From contig CP086569.2 in the NCBI GenBank assembly GCA_009914755.4, positions 42,304,001 to 42,368,000 of the forward strand: a stretch of DNA of 64,000 nt, in the 5' to 3' direction. Numbering within the stretch: the first letter of the stretch is position 1; the number at the start of each line of letters is the position of its first letter. Made by a program: the position numbers and the translations under genes. Below are positions 14,231 through 28,451 of this stretch, piece after piece. Source of the DNA: the human T2T-CHM13v2.0 reference genome, Homo sapiens. Under the pieces are notes generated by a model that saw only the letters and a list, made by a program, of their open reading frames with translations, searched no databases and was not told the DNA's origin.

Positions 14231-14900
14231 GAATAGAATGGACACGAATGCTCAAATTGAATGGACTCGAATGGAATGGAAACGAAAGGAATGTCATCGA
14301 ATGGAATTGAATCGATTGGAATGAAATCGCATAGAATGGAGTGGAATCAAATGGAATTGAATCGAAAGGAAAGGAAGCGAATGGACTGAAATGAAATGGA
14401 ATGGAATTGAATGGAAAGTAATGCAATGGAATAGAATGGAACGAAATTTCACGGAATGGAATCAAACTGAATGGAATCAAATCAATGGAATCAAATCAAA
14501 TGGAATGGAAAGGAATTGAATGGAGTAGATTGGATTGGATGGGATTGGAATGAAATGTACTGGAAAGGACTCGAATTTCATGAAACGGAATGGAATGAAT
14601 TGGAACGGAATGGACTCGAATGGAATGGAATGTCATGGAATGGCATCAAATGGAATGGCATCAAATGGAATGGAATCGAATGCAATGGAATGCTATGGAA
14701 TGGAATGGAATGCATTGGAATGGAATGTCCTCTAATGGAATGGATTCGAGTGGAATGGAATCGAATATAATGGAGTCGAATGAAATGGAATTGAAAGGAA
14801 TGGGATCGAATACAATGGAATATACTGGAATGTAATGTAATGAACTCGAATGTAATTGACTGGAATGGAATGTACATGAATGGAATGTAATCGAATGGAA
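10657..14900. repeat. Segmental duplicate A2 (partner 1-4250)
   Basis: See A1. Confidence 0.65.
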
Positions 14901-17789
14901 AGTAATCCAATGGAATAGAATCTAATGCAATAAAATCGACTCAGATAGAGTAGAATGTAATGGAATGGAGTGCAGTGCAATGGAATGGAATGGAATGGAA
15001 TGCAATGGAATGGAATGGAATGGAACGGAATGGAATGGAATGGGATGGAATGGTATGGAATGGACAGTAATGGACTGGAATGAAATGGACTGGAAAAGAA
15101 TGGACTCAAATTGAAAGGGCTCGAAAGGAATGGAGTCAAATGGAATAGTCTGGAATGGAATGAACACGAATGTAATGCAATCCAATAGAATGGAATCGAA
15201 TGGCATGGAATATAAAGAAATGGAATCGAAGAGAATGGAAACAAATGGAATGGAATTGAATGGAATGGAATTGAATGGAATGGGAACGAATGGAGTGAAA
15301 TTGTATGCAGTAGAAGAGAATAGAATGGAATGCAAGCGAAAGGAAAAGAATGGATTGCAATGGAATGGAATTCATTGGAATGGAAGGGAATGTAGTGTAA
15401 TGGACAGGCCTGGAATAAAGTGGAATGTTACGGTCTCGAATGGAATAAAAATGTATGGAATGGAATGCAATGAAACGGAATCGAATGTCATAGAATGTAA
15501 TGGAATGCAAAAAAATGGAATCCAAAATCATTGACTGGAAAGGCTGGTTGTCGAAAGGAATTGACTCCAATGGAATGGAATCGAATGGAATGGAAGTGAA
15601 TAGAATCGAACTAAATCGAATGGAATGGAATTGATAGGAACGGAATGGAAAGGAATGCAATGATTTGGCATGGAATGCAATCGAATGGCATCGAATGGAA
15701 TGGAATGGAATGCAATGGAATGGAATGTATTAGAATGTAATGAACATTAATGGAATGTACTCGAATGGATTCGACTGGAATGGAATGTTCTGGAAGTGAA
15801 TGGACTCCAATGGAATGGATTCGAAAGGAATGGAATCGAACGGAATGGAATCTAATGGAATGGAATTAAATGGAAATGAATCAAATTGAATAGCACGGAA
15901 TTGAATTGAATGGAATGGAATGCAATGGAATCTAATGAAACGGAAAGGAAAGGAATGGAATGGAATGGAATGGGCTGGAATGGAAAGGAATCGAAACGAA
16001 TGGAATGGAATCGAACTGAAGAGACTGGAATGGAATGCACTGGAATGGAAGGGAGTGTAATGGAAGGTTCTCGAAAATAATGGAAGCAAATGGAATGGAA
16101 TTGAATGGAACGGAATAGAGTCGAATGGAATTGAATGGAATGGAATGGACTAGAGTGAAATGGAATCGAACCACAAGGAATGGACAGGAATAGAATGGTC
16201 TCGAATTGAATGGAATCGTATGGAATGGCATCAAACGGAATGGAATGGACAGCCACGGAATGGAATGCACTCGAATGCAATGGAGTCGAAACTTATGGAC
16301 TGGAATAGAATGGACTCGACTGGTACGGACTCCAATGGAATGGAATCGAATGGAAGGGATTCGAACGGAATGGACTCGAAGGGAAAAGACTGCAATGGAA
16401 AGGTCTCTAATGGAATGGAAATTAATGGAATGGAATGGAATCGAATGAAATGGAGTCAAAAGGAATGGAATCGAATGGCAAGAAATCGAATGTAATGGAA
16501 TCGGAAGGAATTGATGTGAACGGAACGGAATGGAATGGAATCCAAAGGAATGGAATAGAATGGAATGGAATCGAATGGAAAGGACTCGAATGGAAATCAC
16601 TCGAATGGAATGAAATTTAATAAAATAGGATCAAATGTAATTGAATGGAATGGAAAGGAATCGAAACGAAAGGAATGGAGACAGATGGAATGGAATGGAA
16701 CAGAGAGCAATGGTATAGAATGGAATGGAATCATCTGGAATGGAATTGAATGGAATGGAATAATATGAAATGGAATGGAATGGAATGGAATGGAATGCCC
16801 TTGAATTAAATGGACTGGAATGGAATGGACTCGAACAGAGTGGAATGGAAAGTGTTGAGATAGAATGGAATGGACTCTTTTAGAATGGTCTAGTATGCAA
16901 TGCAATCGACTGGCAGGGAATCAAAAGGAATGTAATCGAATGGATTGGACTGGAATGCAATGGACTCGAATAGATTGGAAACGGAATGCAAAGGAATGGA
17001 ATGGAATAGTATGGAATGGAATGGAAAGGAATGGAGTGGAATAGACTAGAGTGGAATGGAATGGACTGGAAAGCAATGGACTGGAATGGAACTTTCTTGA
17101 ATGGACTGGAATCAAACGGAATGGAATGCAATGCAATCAAATGGCATGGAATAAAATAGAATGAAAGAGAATCAAATGGAATTGAATCGAATGGAATCGA
17201 ATGGATTGGAAAGGAATAGAATGGAATGGAATGGAATTGACTCAAATGGAATGGACTAGAATGGAATGGATTCGAATGGAAGGCAAAGGAATGGAATCTA
17301 TTGGAATGGACTGTAATGGAATGGAATGGAAGGGATTGGAATGGACTCGAATGGAATGGACTGCAATAGAAAGGATTCGAATGGAATGAAAAAGAATTGA
17401 ATGGAATAGAACAGAATGGAATCAAATCGAATGAAATGGAATGGAATAGAAAGGAATGGAATGAAATGGAATGGAAAGGATTCGAATGGAATGCAATCGA
17501 ATGGAATGGAATCGAACGGAATGGAATAGAATGGAAGAAAACTGGCAAGAAATGGAATCGAAATGAATGGAGTGTTATGGAACGGACTCAAAAGGAATTG
17601 AATGTAATAGAATGGAGTGGAGTGGACTCGAATATAATGAACTGGAATGGAATGAAATCACATGGAATGGGAACGAATGGAATGGAATGGAAAGGAATGG
17701 AATCGAATGGAAAGGAATCGAATGGAAGGGAATGAAATTGAATCAACAGGAATGGAAGGGAATAGAATAGACGGTAATGGAATGGACTC
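14231..17789. repeat. HOR copy U5 (3559 bp), alpha
   Basis: Anchor at 14231. Alpha diagnostic at ~16071. Confidence 0.8.
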
Positions 17790-20700
17790 GAATAGAATGG
17801 ACACGAATGCTCAAATTGAATGGACTCGAATGGAATGGAAACAAAAGGAATGTCATCGAATGGAATTGAATCGATTGGAATGAAATCGCATAGAATGGAG
17901 TGGAATCAAATGGAATTGAATCGAAAGGAAAGGAAGCGAATGGACTGAAATGAAATGGAATGGAATTGAATGGAAAGTAATGCAATGGAATAGAATGGAA
18001 CGAAATTTCACGGAATGGAATCAAACTGAATGGAATCAAATCAATGGAATCAAATCAAATGGAATGGAAAGGAATTGAATGGAGTAGATTGGATTGGATG
18101 GGATTGGAATGAAATGTACTGGAAAGGACTCGAATTTCATGAAACGGAATGGAATGAATTGGAACGGAATGGACTCGGATGGAATGGAATGTCATGGAAT
18201 GGCATCAAATGGAATGGCATCAAATGGAATGGAATCGAATGCAATGGAATGCTATGGAATGGAATGGAATGCATTGGAATGGAATGTCCTCTAATGGAAT
18301 GGATTCGAGTGGAATGGAATCGAATATAATGGAGTCGAATGAAATGGAATTGAAAGGAATGGGATCGAATACAATGGAATATACTGGAATGTAATGTAAT
18401 GAACTCGAATGTAATTGACTGGAATGGAATGTACATGAATGGAATGTAATCGAATGGAAAGTAATCCAATGGAATAGAATCTAATGCAATAAAATCGACT
18501 CAGATAGAGTAGAATGTAATGGAATGGAGTGCAGTGCAATGGAATGTAATGGAATGGAGTGCAATGGAATGGAATGGAATGGAATGGGATGGAATGGTAT
18601 GGAATGGATAGTAATGGACTGGAATGAAATGGACTGGAAAAGAATGGACTCAAATTGAAAGGGCTCGAAAGGAATGGAGTCAAATGGAATGGTCTGGAAT
18701 GGAATGAACACGAATGTAATGCAATCCAATAGAATGGAATCGAATGGCATGGAATATAAAGAAATGGAATCGAAGAGAATGGAAACAAATGGAATGGAAT
18801 TGAATGGAATGGAATTGAATGGAATGGGAACGAATGGAGTGAAATTGTATGCAGTAGAAGAGAATAGACTGGAATGCAAGCGAAAGGAAAGGAATGGATT
18901 GCAATGGAATGGAATTCATTGGAATGGAAGGGAATGTAGTGTAATGGACAGGCCTGGAATAAAGTGGAATGCTACGGTCTCGAATGGAATAAAAATGTAT
19001 GGAATGGAATGCAATGAAACGGAATCGAATGTCATAGAATGTAATGGAATGCAAAAAAATGGAATCCAAAATCATTGACTGGAAAGGCTGGGTGTCGAAA
19101 GGAATTGACTCCAATGGAATGGAATCGAATGGAATGGAAGTGAATAGAATCGAACTAAATCGAATGGAATGGAATTGATAGGAACGGAATGGAAAGGAAT
19201 GCAATGATTTGGCATGGAATGGAATCGAATGGCATCGAATGGAATGGAATGGAATGCAATGGAATGGAATGTATTGGAATGTAATGAACATTAATGGAAT
19301 GTACTCGAATGGATTCGACTGGAATGGAATGTTCTGGAAGTGAATGGACTCCAATGGAATGGATTCGAAAGGAATGGAATCGAACGGAATGGAATCTAAT
19401 GGAATGGAATTAAATGGAAATGAATCAAATTGAATAGCACGGAATTGAATTGAATGGAATGGAATGCAATGGAATCTAATGAAACGGAAAGGAAAGGAAT
19501 GGAATGGAATGGAATGGGCTGGAATGGAAAGGAATCGAAACGAATGGAATGGAATCGAACTGAAGAGACTGGAATGGAATGCACTGGAATGGAAGGGAGT
19601 GTAATGGAAGGTTCTCGAAAATAATGGAAGCAAATGGAATGGAATTGAATGGAACGGAATAGAGTCGAATGGAATTTAATGGAATGGAATGGACTAGAGT
19701 GAAATGGAATCGAACCACAAGGAATGGACAGGAATAGAATGGTCTCGAATTGAATGGAATCGTATGGAATGGCATCAATCGGAATGGAATGGACAGCCAC
19801 GGAATGGAATGCACTCGAATGCAATGGAGTCGAAACTTATGGACTGGAATAGAATGGACTCGACTGGTACGGACTCCAATAGAATGGAATCGAATGGAAG
19901 GGATTCGAACGGAATGGACTCGAAGGGAAAAGACTGCAATGGAAAGGTCTCGAATGGAATGGAAATTAATGGAATGGAATGGAATCGAATGAAATGGAGT
20001 CAAAAGGAATGGAATCGAATGGCAAGAAATCGAATGTAATGGAATCGCAAGGAATTGATGTGAACGGAACGGAATGGAATGGAATCCAAAGGAATGGAAT
20101 AGAATGGAATGGAATCGAATGGAAAGGACTCGAATGGAAATCACTCGAATAGAATGAAATTTAATAAAATAGGATCAAATGTAATTGAATGGAATGGAAA
20201 GGAATCGAAACGAAAGGAATGGAGACAGATGGAATGGAATGGAACAGAGAGCAATGGTATAGAATGGAATGGAATCATCTGGAATGGAATTGAATGGAAT
20301 GGAATAATATGAAATGGAATGGAATGGAATGGAATGGAATGCCCTTGAATTAAATGGACTGGAATGGAATGGACTCGAACAGAGTGGAATGGAAAGTGTT
20401 GAGATAGAATGGAATGGACTCCTTTGGAATGGTCTAGTATGCAATGCAATCGACTGGCCGGGAATCAAAAGGAATGTAATCGAATGGATTAGACTGGAAT
20501 GCAATGGACTCGAATAGATTGGAAACGGAATGCAAAGGAATGGAATGGAATAGTATGGAATGGAATGGAAAGGAATGGAGTGGAATAGACTAGAGTGGAA
20601 TGGAATGGACTGGAAAGCAATGGACTGGAATGGAACTTTCTTGAATGGACTGGAATCAAACGGAATGGAATGCAATGCAATCAAATGGCATGGAATAAAA

Positions 20701-21333
20701 TAGAATGAAAGAGAATCAAATGGAATTGAATCGAATGGAATCGAATGGATTGGAAAGGAATAGAATGGAATGGAATGGAATTGACTCAAATGGAATGGAC
20801 TAGAATGGAATGGATTCGAATGGAAGGCAAAGGAATGGAATCTATTGGAATGGACTGTAATGGAATGGAATGGAAGGGATTGGAATGGACTCGAATGGAA
20901 TGGACTGCAATAGAAAGGATTCGAATGGAATGAAAAAGAATTGAATGGAATAGAACAGAATGGAATCAAATCGAATGAAATGGAATGGAATAGAAAGGAA
21001 TGGAATGAAATGGAATGGAAAGGATTCGAATGGAATGCAATCGAATGGAATGGAATCGAACGGAATGGAATAAAATGGAAGAAAACTGGCAAGAAATGGA
21101 ATCGAAATGAATGGAGTGTTATGGAACGGACTCAAAAGGAATTGAATGTAATAGAATGGAGTGGAGTGGACTCGAATATAATGGACTGGAATGGAATGAA
21201 ATCACATGGAATGGGAACGAATGGAATGGAATGGAAAGGAATGGAATCGAATGGAAAGGAATCGAATGGAAGGGAATGAAATTGAATCAACAGGAATGGA
21301 AGGGAATAGAATAGACGGTAATGGAATGGACTC
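17790..21333. repeat. HOR copy U6 (3544 bp), alpha
   Basis: Anchor at 17790. Extra GGCC at 20456-20459. Near-identical to U7 from ~18600 onward. Confidence 0.8.
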
Positions 21334-24300
21334 GAATAGAATGGACACGAATGCTCAAATTGAATGGACTCGAATGGAATGGAAACGAAAGGAATGTCAT
21401 CGAATGGAATTGAATCGATTGGAATGAAATCGCATAGAATGGAGTGGAATCAAATGGAATTGAATCGAAAGGAAAGGAAGCGAATGGACTGAAATGAAAT
21501 GGAATGGAATTGAATGGAAAGTAATGCAATGGAATAGAATGGAACGAAATTTCACGGAATGGAATCAAACTGAATGGAATCAAATCAATGGAATCAAATC
21601 AAATGGAATGGAAAGGAATTGAATGGAGTAGATTGGATTGGATGGGATTGGAATGAAATGTACTGGAAAGGACTCGAATTTCATGAAACGGAATGGAATG
21701 AATTGGAACGGAATGGACTCGAATGGAATGGAATGTCATGGAATGGCATCAAATGGAATGGCATCAAATGGAATGGAATCGAATGCAATGGAATGCTATG
21801 GAATGGAATGGAATGCATTGGAATGGAATGTCCTCTAATTGAATGGATTCGAGTGGAATGGAATCGAATATAATGGAGTCGAATGAAATGGAATTGAAAG
21901 GAATGGGATCGAATACAATGGAATATACTGGAATGTAATGTAATGAACTCGAATGTAATTGACTGGAATGGAATGTACATGAATGGAATGTAATCGAATG
22001 GAAAGTAATCCAATGGAATAGAATCTAATGCAATAAAATCGACTCAGATAGAGTAGAATGTAATGGAATGGAGTGCAGTGCAATGGAATGGAATGGAATG
22101 GAATGCAATGGAATGGAAAGGAATGGAATGGAATGGAATGGAATGGGATGGAATGGTATGGAATGGATAGTAATGGACTGGAATGAAATGGACTGGAAAA
22201 GAATGGACTCAAATTGAAAGGGCTCGAAAGGAATGGAGTCAAATGGAATGGTCTGGAATGGAATGAACACGAATGTAATGCAATCCAATAGAATGGAATC
22301 GAATGGCATGGAATATAAAGAAATGGAATCGAAGAGAATGGAAACAAATGGAATGGAATTGAATGGAATGGAATTGAATGGAATGGGAACGAATGGAGTG
22401 AAATTGTATGCAGTAGAAGAGAATAGACTGGAATGCAAGCGAAAGGAAAGGAATGGATTGCAATGGAATGGAATTCATTGGAATGGAAGGGAATGTAGTG
22501 TAATGGACAGGCCTGGAATAAAGTGGAATGCTACGGTCTCGAATGGAATAAAAATGTATGGAATGGAATGCAATGAAACGGAATCGAATGTCATAGAATG
22601 TAATGGAATGCAAAAAAATGGAATCCAAAATCATTGACTGGAAAGGCTGGGTGTCGAAAGGAATTGACTCCAATGGAATGGAATCGAATGGAATGGAAGT
22701 GAATAGAATCGAACTAAATCGAATGGAATGGAATTGATAGGAACGGAATGGAAAGGAATGCAATGATTTGGCATGGAATGGAATCGAATGGCATCGAATG
22801 GAATGGAATGGAATGCAATGGAATGGAATGTATTGGAATGTAATGAACATTAATGGAATGTACTCGAATGGATTCGACTGGAATGGAATGTTCTGGAAGT
22901 GAATGGACTCCAATGGAATGGATTCGAAAGGAATGGAATCGAACGGAATGGAATCTAATGGAATGGAATTAAATGGAAATGAATCAAATTGAATAGCACG
23001 GAATTGAATTGAATGGAATGGAATGCAATGGAATCTAATGAAACGGAAAGGAAAGGAATGGAATGGAATGGAATGGGCTGGAATGGAAAGGAATCGAAAC
23101 GAATGGAATGGAATCGAACTGAAGAGACTGGAATGGAATGCACTGGAATGGAAGGGAGTGTAATGGAAGGTTCTCGAAAATAATGGAAGCAAATGGAATG
23201 GAATTGAATGGAACGGAATAGAGTCGAATGGAATTTAATGGAATGGAATGGACTAGAGTGAAATGGAATCGAACCACAAGGAATGGACAGGAATAGAATG
23301 GTCTCGAATTGAATGGAATCGTATGGAATGGCATCAATCGGAATGGAATGGACAGCCACGGAATGGAATGCACTCGAATGCAATGGAGTCGAAACTTATG
23401 GACTGGAATAGAATGGACTCGACTGGTACGGACTCCAATAGAATGGAATCGAATGGAAGGGATTCGAACGGAATGGACTCGAAGGGAAAAGACTGCAATG
23501 GAAAGGTCTCGAATGGAATGGAAATTAATGGAATGGAATGGAATCGAATGAAATGGAGTCAAAAGGAATGGAATCGAATGGCAAGAAATCGAATGTAATG
23601 GAATCGCAAGGAATTGATGTGAACGGAACGGAATGGAATGGAATCCAAAGGAATGGAATAGAATGGAATGGAATCGAATGGAAAGGACTCGAATGGAAAT
23701 CACTCGAATAGAATGAAATTTAATAAAATAGGATCAAATGTAATTGAATGGAATGGAAAGGAATCGAAACGAAAGGAATGGAGACAGATGGAATGGAATG
23801 GAACAGAGAGCAATGGTATAGAATGGAATGGAATCATCTGGAATGGAATTGAATGGAATGGAATAATATGAAATGGAATGGAATGGAATGGAATGGAATG
23901 CCCTTGAATTAAATGGACTGGAATGGAATGGACTCGAACAGAGTGGAATGGAAAGTGTTGAGATAGAATGGAATGGACTCCTTTGGAATGGTCTAGTATG
24001 CAATGCAATCGACTGGCCGGGAATCAAAAGGAATGTAATCGAATGGATTAGACTGGAATGCAATGGACTCGAATAGATTGGAAACGGAATGCAAAGGAAT
24101 GGAATGGAATAGTATGGAATGGAATGGAAAGGAATGGAGTGGAATAGACTAGAGTGGAATGGAATGGACTGGAAAGCAATGGACTGGAATGGAACTTTCT
24201 TGAATGGACTGGAATCAAACGGAATGGAATGCAATGCAATCAAATGGCATGGAATAAAATAGAATGAAAGAGAATCAAATGGAATTGAATCGAATGGAAT

Positions 24301-26320
24301 CGAATGGATTGGAAAGGAATAGAATGGAATGGAATGGAATTGACTCAAATGGAATGGACTAGAATGGAATGGATTCGAATGGAAGGCAAAGGAATGGAAT
24401 CTATTGGAATGGACTGTAATGGAATGGAATGGAAGGGATTGGAATGGACTCGAATGGAATGGACTGCAATAGAAAGGATTCGAATGGAATGAAAAAGAAT
24501 TGAATGGAATAGAACAGAATGGAATCAAATCGAATGAAATGGAATGGAATAGAAAGGAATGGAATGAAATGGAATGGAAAGGATTCGAATGGAATGCAAT
24601 CGAATGGAATGGAATCGAACGGAATGGAATAAAATGGAAGAAAACTGGCAAGAAATGGAATCGAAATGAATGGAGTGTTATGGAACGGACTCAAAAGGAA
24701 TTGAATGTAATAGAATGGAGTGGAGTGGACTCGAATATAATGGACTGGAATGGAATGAAATCACATGGAATGGGAACGAATGGAATGGAATGGAAAGGAA
24801 TGGAATCGAATGGAAAGGAATCGAATGGAAGGGAATGAAATTGAATCAACAGGAATGGAAGGGAATAGAATAGACGGTAATGGAATGGACTCGAATAGAA
24901 TGGACACGAATGCTCAAATTGAATGGACTCGAATGGAATGGAAACGAAAGGAATGTCATCGAATGGAATTGAATCGATTGGAATGAAATCGCATAGAATG
25001 GAGTGGAATCAAATGGAATTGAATCGAAAGGAAAGGAAGCGAATGGACTGAAATGAAATGGAATGGAATTGAATGGAAAGTAATGCAATGGAATAGAATG
25101 GAACGAAATTTCACGGAATGGAATCAAACTGAATGGAATCAAATCAATGGAATCAAATCAAATGGAATGGAAAGGAATTGAATGGAGTAGATTGGATTGG
25201 ATGGGATTGGAATGAAATGTACTGGAAAGGACTCGAATTTCATGAAACGGAATGGAATGAATTGGAACGGAATGGACTCGAATGGAATGGAATGTCATGG
25301 AATGGCATCAAATGGAATGGCATCAAATGGAATGGAATCGAATGCAATGGAATGCTATGGAATGGAATGGAATGCATTGGAATGGAATGTCCTCTAATTG
25401 AATGGATTCGAGTGGAATGGAATCGAATATAATGGAGTCGAATGAAATGGAATTGAAAGGAATGGGATCGAATACAATGGAATATACTGGAATGTAATGT
25501 AATGAACTCGAATGTAATTGACTGGAATGGAATGTACATGAATGGAATGTAATCGAATGGAAAGTAATCCAATGGAATAGAATCTAATGCAATAAAATCG
25601 ACTCAGATAGAGTAGAATGTAATGGAATGGAGTGCAGTGCAATGGAATGGAATGGAATGGAATGCAATGGAATGGAAAGGAATGGAATGGAATGGAATGG
25701 AATGGGATGGAATGGTATGGAATGGATAGTAATGGACTGGAATGAAATGGACTGGAAAAGAATGGACTCAAATTGAAAGGGCTCGAAAGGAATGGAGTCA
25801 AATGGAATGGTCTGGAATGGAATGAACACGAATGTAATGCAATCCAATAGAATGGAATCGAATGGCATGGAATATAAAGAAATGGAATCGAAGAGAATGG
25901 AAACAAATGGAATGGAATTGAATGGAATGGAATTGAATGGAATGGGAACGAATGGAGTGAAATTGTATGCAGTAGAAGAGAATAGACTGGAATGCAAGCG
26001 AAAGGAAAGGAATGGATTGCAATGGAATGGAATTCATTGGAATGGAAGGGAATGTAGTGTAATGGACAGGCCTGGAATAAAGTGGAATGCTACGGTCTCG
26101 AATGGAATAAAAATGTATGGAATGGAATGCAATGAAACGGAATCGAATGTCATAGAATGTAATGGAATGCAAAAAAATGGAATCCAAAATCATTGACTGG
26201 AAAGGCTGGGTGTCGAAAGGAATTGACTCCAATGGAATGGAATCGAATGGAATGGAAGTGAATAGAATCGAACTAAATCGAATGGAATGGAATTGATAGG
26301 AACGGAATGGAAAGGAATGC
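18600..26320. repeat. About 2.16 tandem, near-identical copies of a 3559-bp unit (recent HOR-unit duplication)
   Basis: Translations 18674..21583 match 22233..25142. Translations 21574..22637 match 25133..26196. The 317-aa read-through ORF is identical at 18680 and 22239. Private variants LECKRK, PLIEW, DWPGIKRN and LLIPGQSIALH are shared. Confidence 0.65.
21334..24892. repeat. HOR copy U7 (3559 bp), alpha
   Basis: Anchor at 21334. Extra GGCC at 24015-24018. Shares the private 'PLIEW' variant with U8. Confidence 0.8.
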
Positions 26321-28451
26321 AATGATTTGGCATGGAATGGAATCGAATGGCATCGAATGGAATGGAATGGAATGCAATGGAATGGAATGTATTAGAATGT
26401 AATGAACATTAATGGAATGTACTCGAATGGATTCGACTGGAATGGAATGTTCTGGAAGTGAATGGACTCCAATGGAATGGATTCGAAAGGAATGGAATCG
26501 AACGGAATGGAATCTAATGGAATGGAATTAAATGGAAATGAATCAAATTGAATAGCACGGAATTGAATTGAATGGAATCGAATGCAATGGAATCTAATGA
26601 AACGGAAAGGAAAGGAATGGAATGGAATGGAATGGGCTGGAATGGAAAGGAATCGAAACGAATGGAATGGAATCGAACTGAAGAGACTGGAATGGAATGC
26701 ACTGGAATGGAAGGGAGTGTAATGGAAGGTTCTCGAAAATAATGGAAGCAAATGGAATGGAATTGAATGGAACGGAATAGAGTCGAATGGAATTGAATGG
26801 AATGGAATGGACTAGAGTGAAATGGAATCGAACCACAAGGAATGGACAGGAATAGAATGGTCTCGAATTGAATGGAATCGTATGGAATGGCATCAAACGG
26901 AATGGAATGGACAGCCACGGAATGGAATGCACTCGAATGCAATGGAGTCGAAACTTATGGACTGGAATAGAATGGACTCGACTGGTACGGACTCCAATGG
27001 AATGGAATCGAATGGAAGGGATTCGAACGGAATGGACTCGAAGGGAAAAGACTGCAATGGAAAGGTCTCGAATGGAATGGAAATTAATGGAATGGAATGG
27101 AATCGAATGAAATGGAGTCAAAAGGAATGGAATCGAATGGCAAGAAATCGAATGTAATGGAATCGCAAGTAATTGCTGTGAACGGAACGGAATGGAATGG
27201 AATCCAAAGGAATGGAATAGAATGGAATGGAATCGAATGGAAAGGACTCGAATGGAAATCACTCGAATGGAATGAAATTTAATAAAATAGGATCAAATGT
27301 AATTGAATGGAATGGAAAGGAATCGAAACGAAAGGAATGGAGACAGATGGAATGGAATGGAACAGAGAGCAATGGTATAGAATGGAATGGAATCATCTGG
27401 AATGGAATTGAATGGAATGGAATAATATGAAATGGAATGGAATGGAATGGAATGGCATGCCCTTGAATTAAATGGACTGGAATGGAATGGACTCGAACAG
27501 AGTGGAATGGAAAGTGTTGAGATAGAATGGAATGGACTCTTTTGGAATGGTCTAGTATGCAATGCAATCGACTGGCAGGGAATCAAAAGGAATGTAATCG
27601 AATGGATTGGACTGGAATGCAATGGACTCGAATAGATTGGAAACGGAATGCAAAGGAATGGAATGGAATAGTATGGAATGGAATGGAAAGGAATGGAGTG
27701 GAATAGACTAGAGTGGAATGGAATGGACTGGAAAGCAATGGACTGGAATGGAACTTTCTTGAATGGACTGGAATCAAACGGAATGGAATGCAATGCAATC
27801 AAATGGCATGGAATAAAATAGAATGAAAGAGAATCAAATGGAATTGAATCGAATGGAATCGAATGGATTGGAAAGGAATAGAATGGAATGGAATGGAATT
27901 GACTCAAATGGAATGGACTAGAATGGAATGGATTCGAATGGAAGGCAAAGGAATGGAATCTATTGGAATGGACAGTAATGGAATGGAATGGAAGGGATTG
28001 GAATGGACTCGAATGGAATGGACTGCAATAGAAAGGATTCGAATGGAATGAAAAAGAATTGAATGGAATAGAACAGAATGGAATCAAATCGAATGAAATG
28101 GAATGGAATAGAAAGGAATGGAATGAAATGGAATGGAAAGGATTCGAATGGAATGCAATCGAATGGAATGGAATCGAACGGAATGGAATAAAATGGAAGA
28201 AAACTGGCAAGAAATGGAATCGAAATGAATGGAGTGTTATGGAACGGACTCAAAAGGAATTGAATGTAATAGAATGGAGTGGAGTGGACTCGAATATAAT
28301 GAACTGGAATGGAATGAAATCACATGGAATGGGAACGAATGGAATGGAATGGAAAGGAATGGAATCGAATGGAAAGGAATCGAATGGAAGGGAATGAAAT
28401 TGAATCAACAGGAATGGAAGGGAATAGAATAGACGGTAATGGAATGGACTC
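24893..28451. repeat. HOR copy U8 (3559 bp), alpha
   Basis: Anchor at 24893. Identical to U7 up to ~26320. Confidence 0.8.

Noticed and set aside
20456-24018. GGCCGG motif at 20456 and 24015 as a possible regulatory or GC-rich element
   Set aside because: It is a single-base variant, a to c, in 'ctggcaggg'. It is shared by the recently duplicated copies U6 and U7 and is a duplication marker only.
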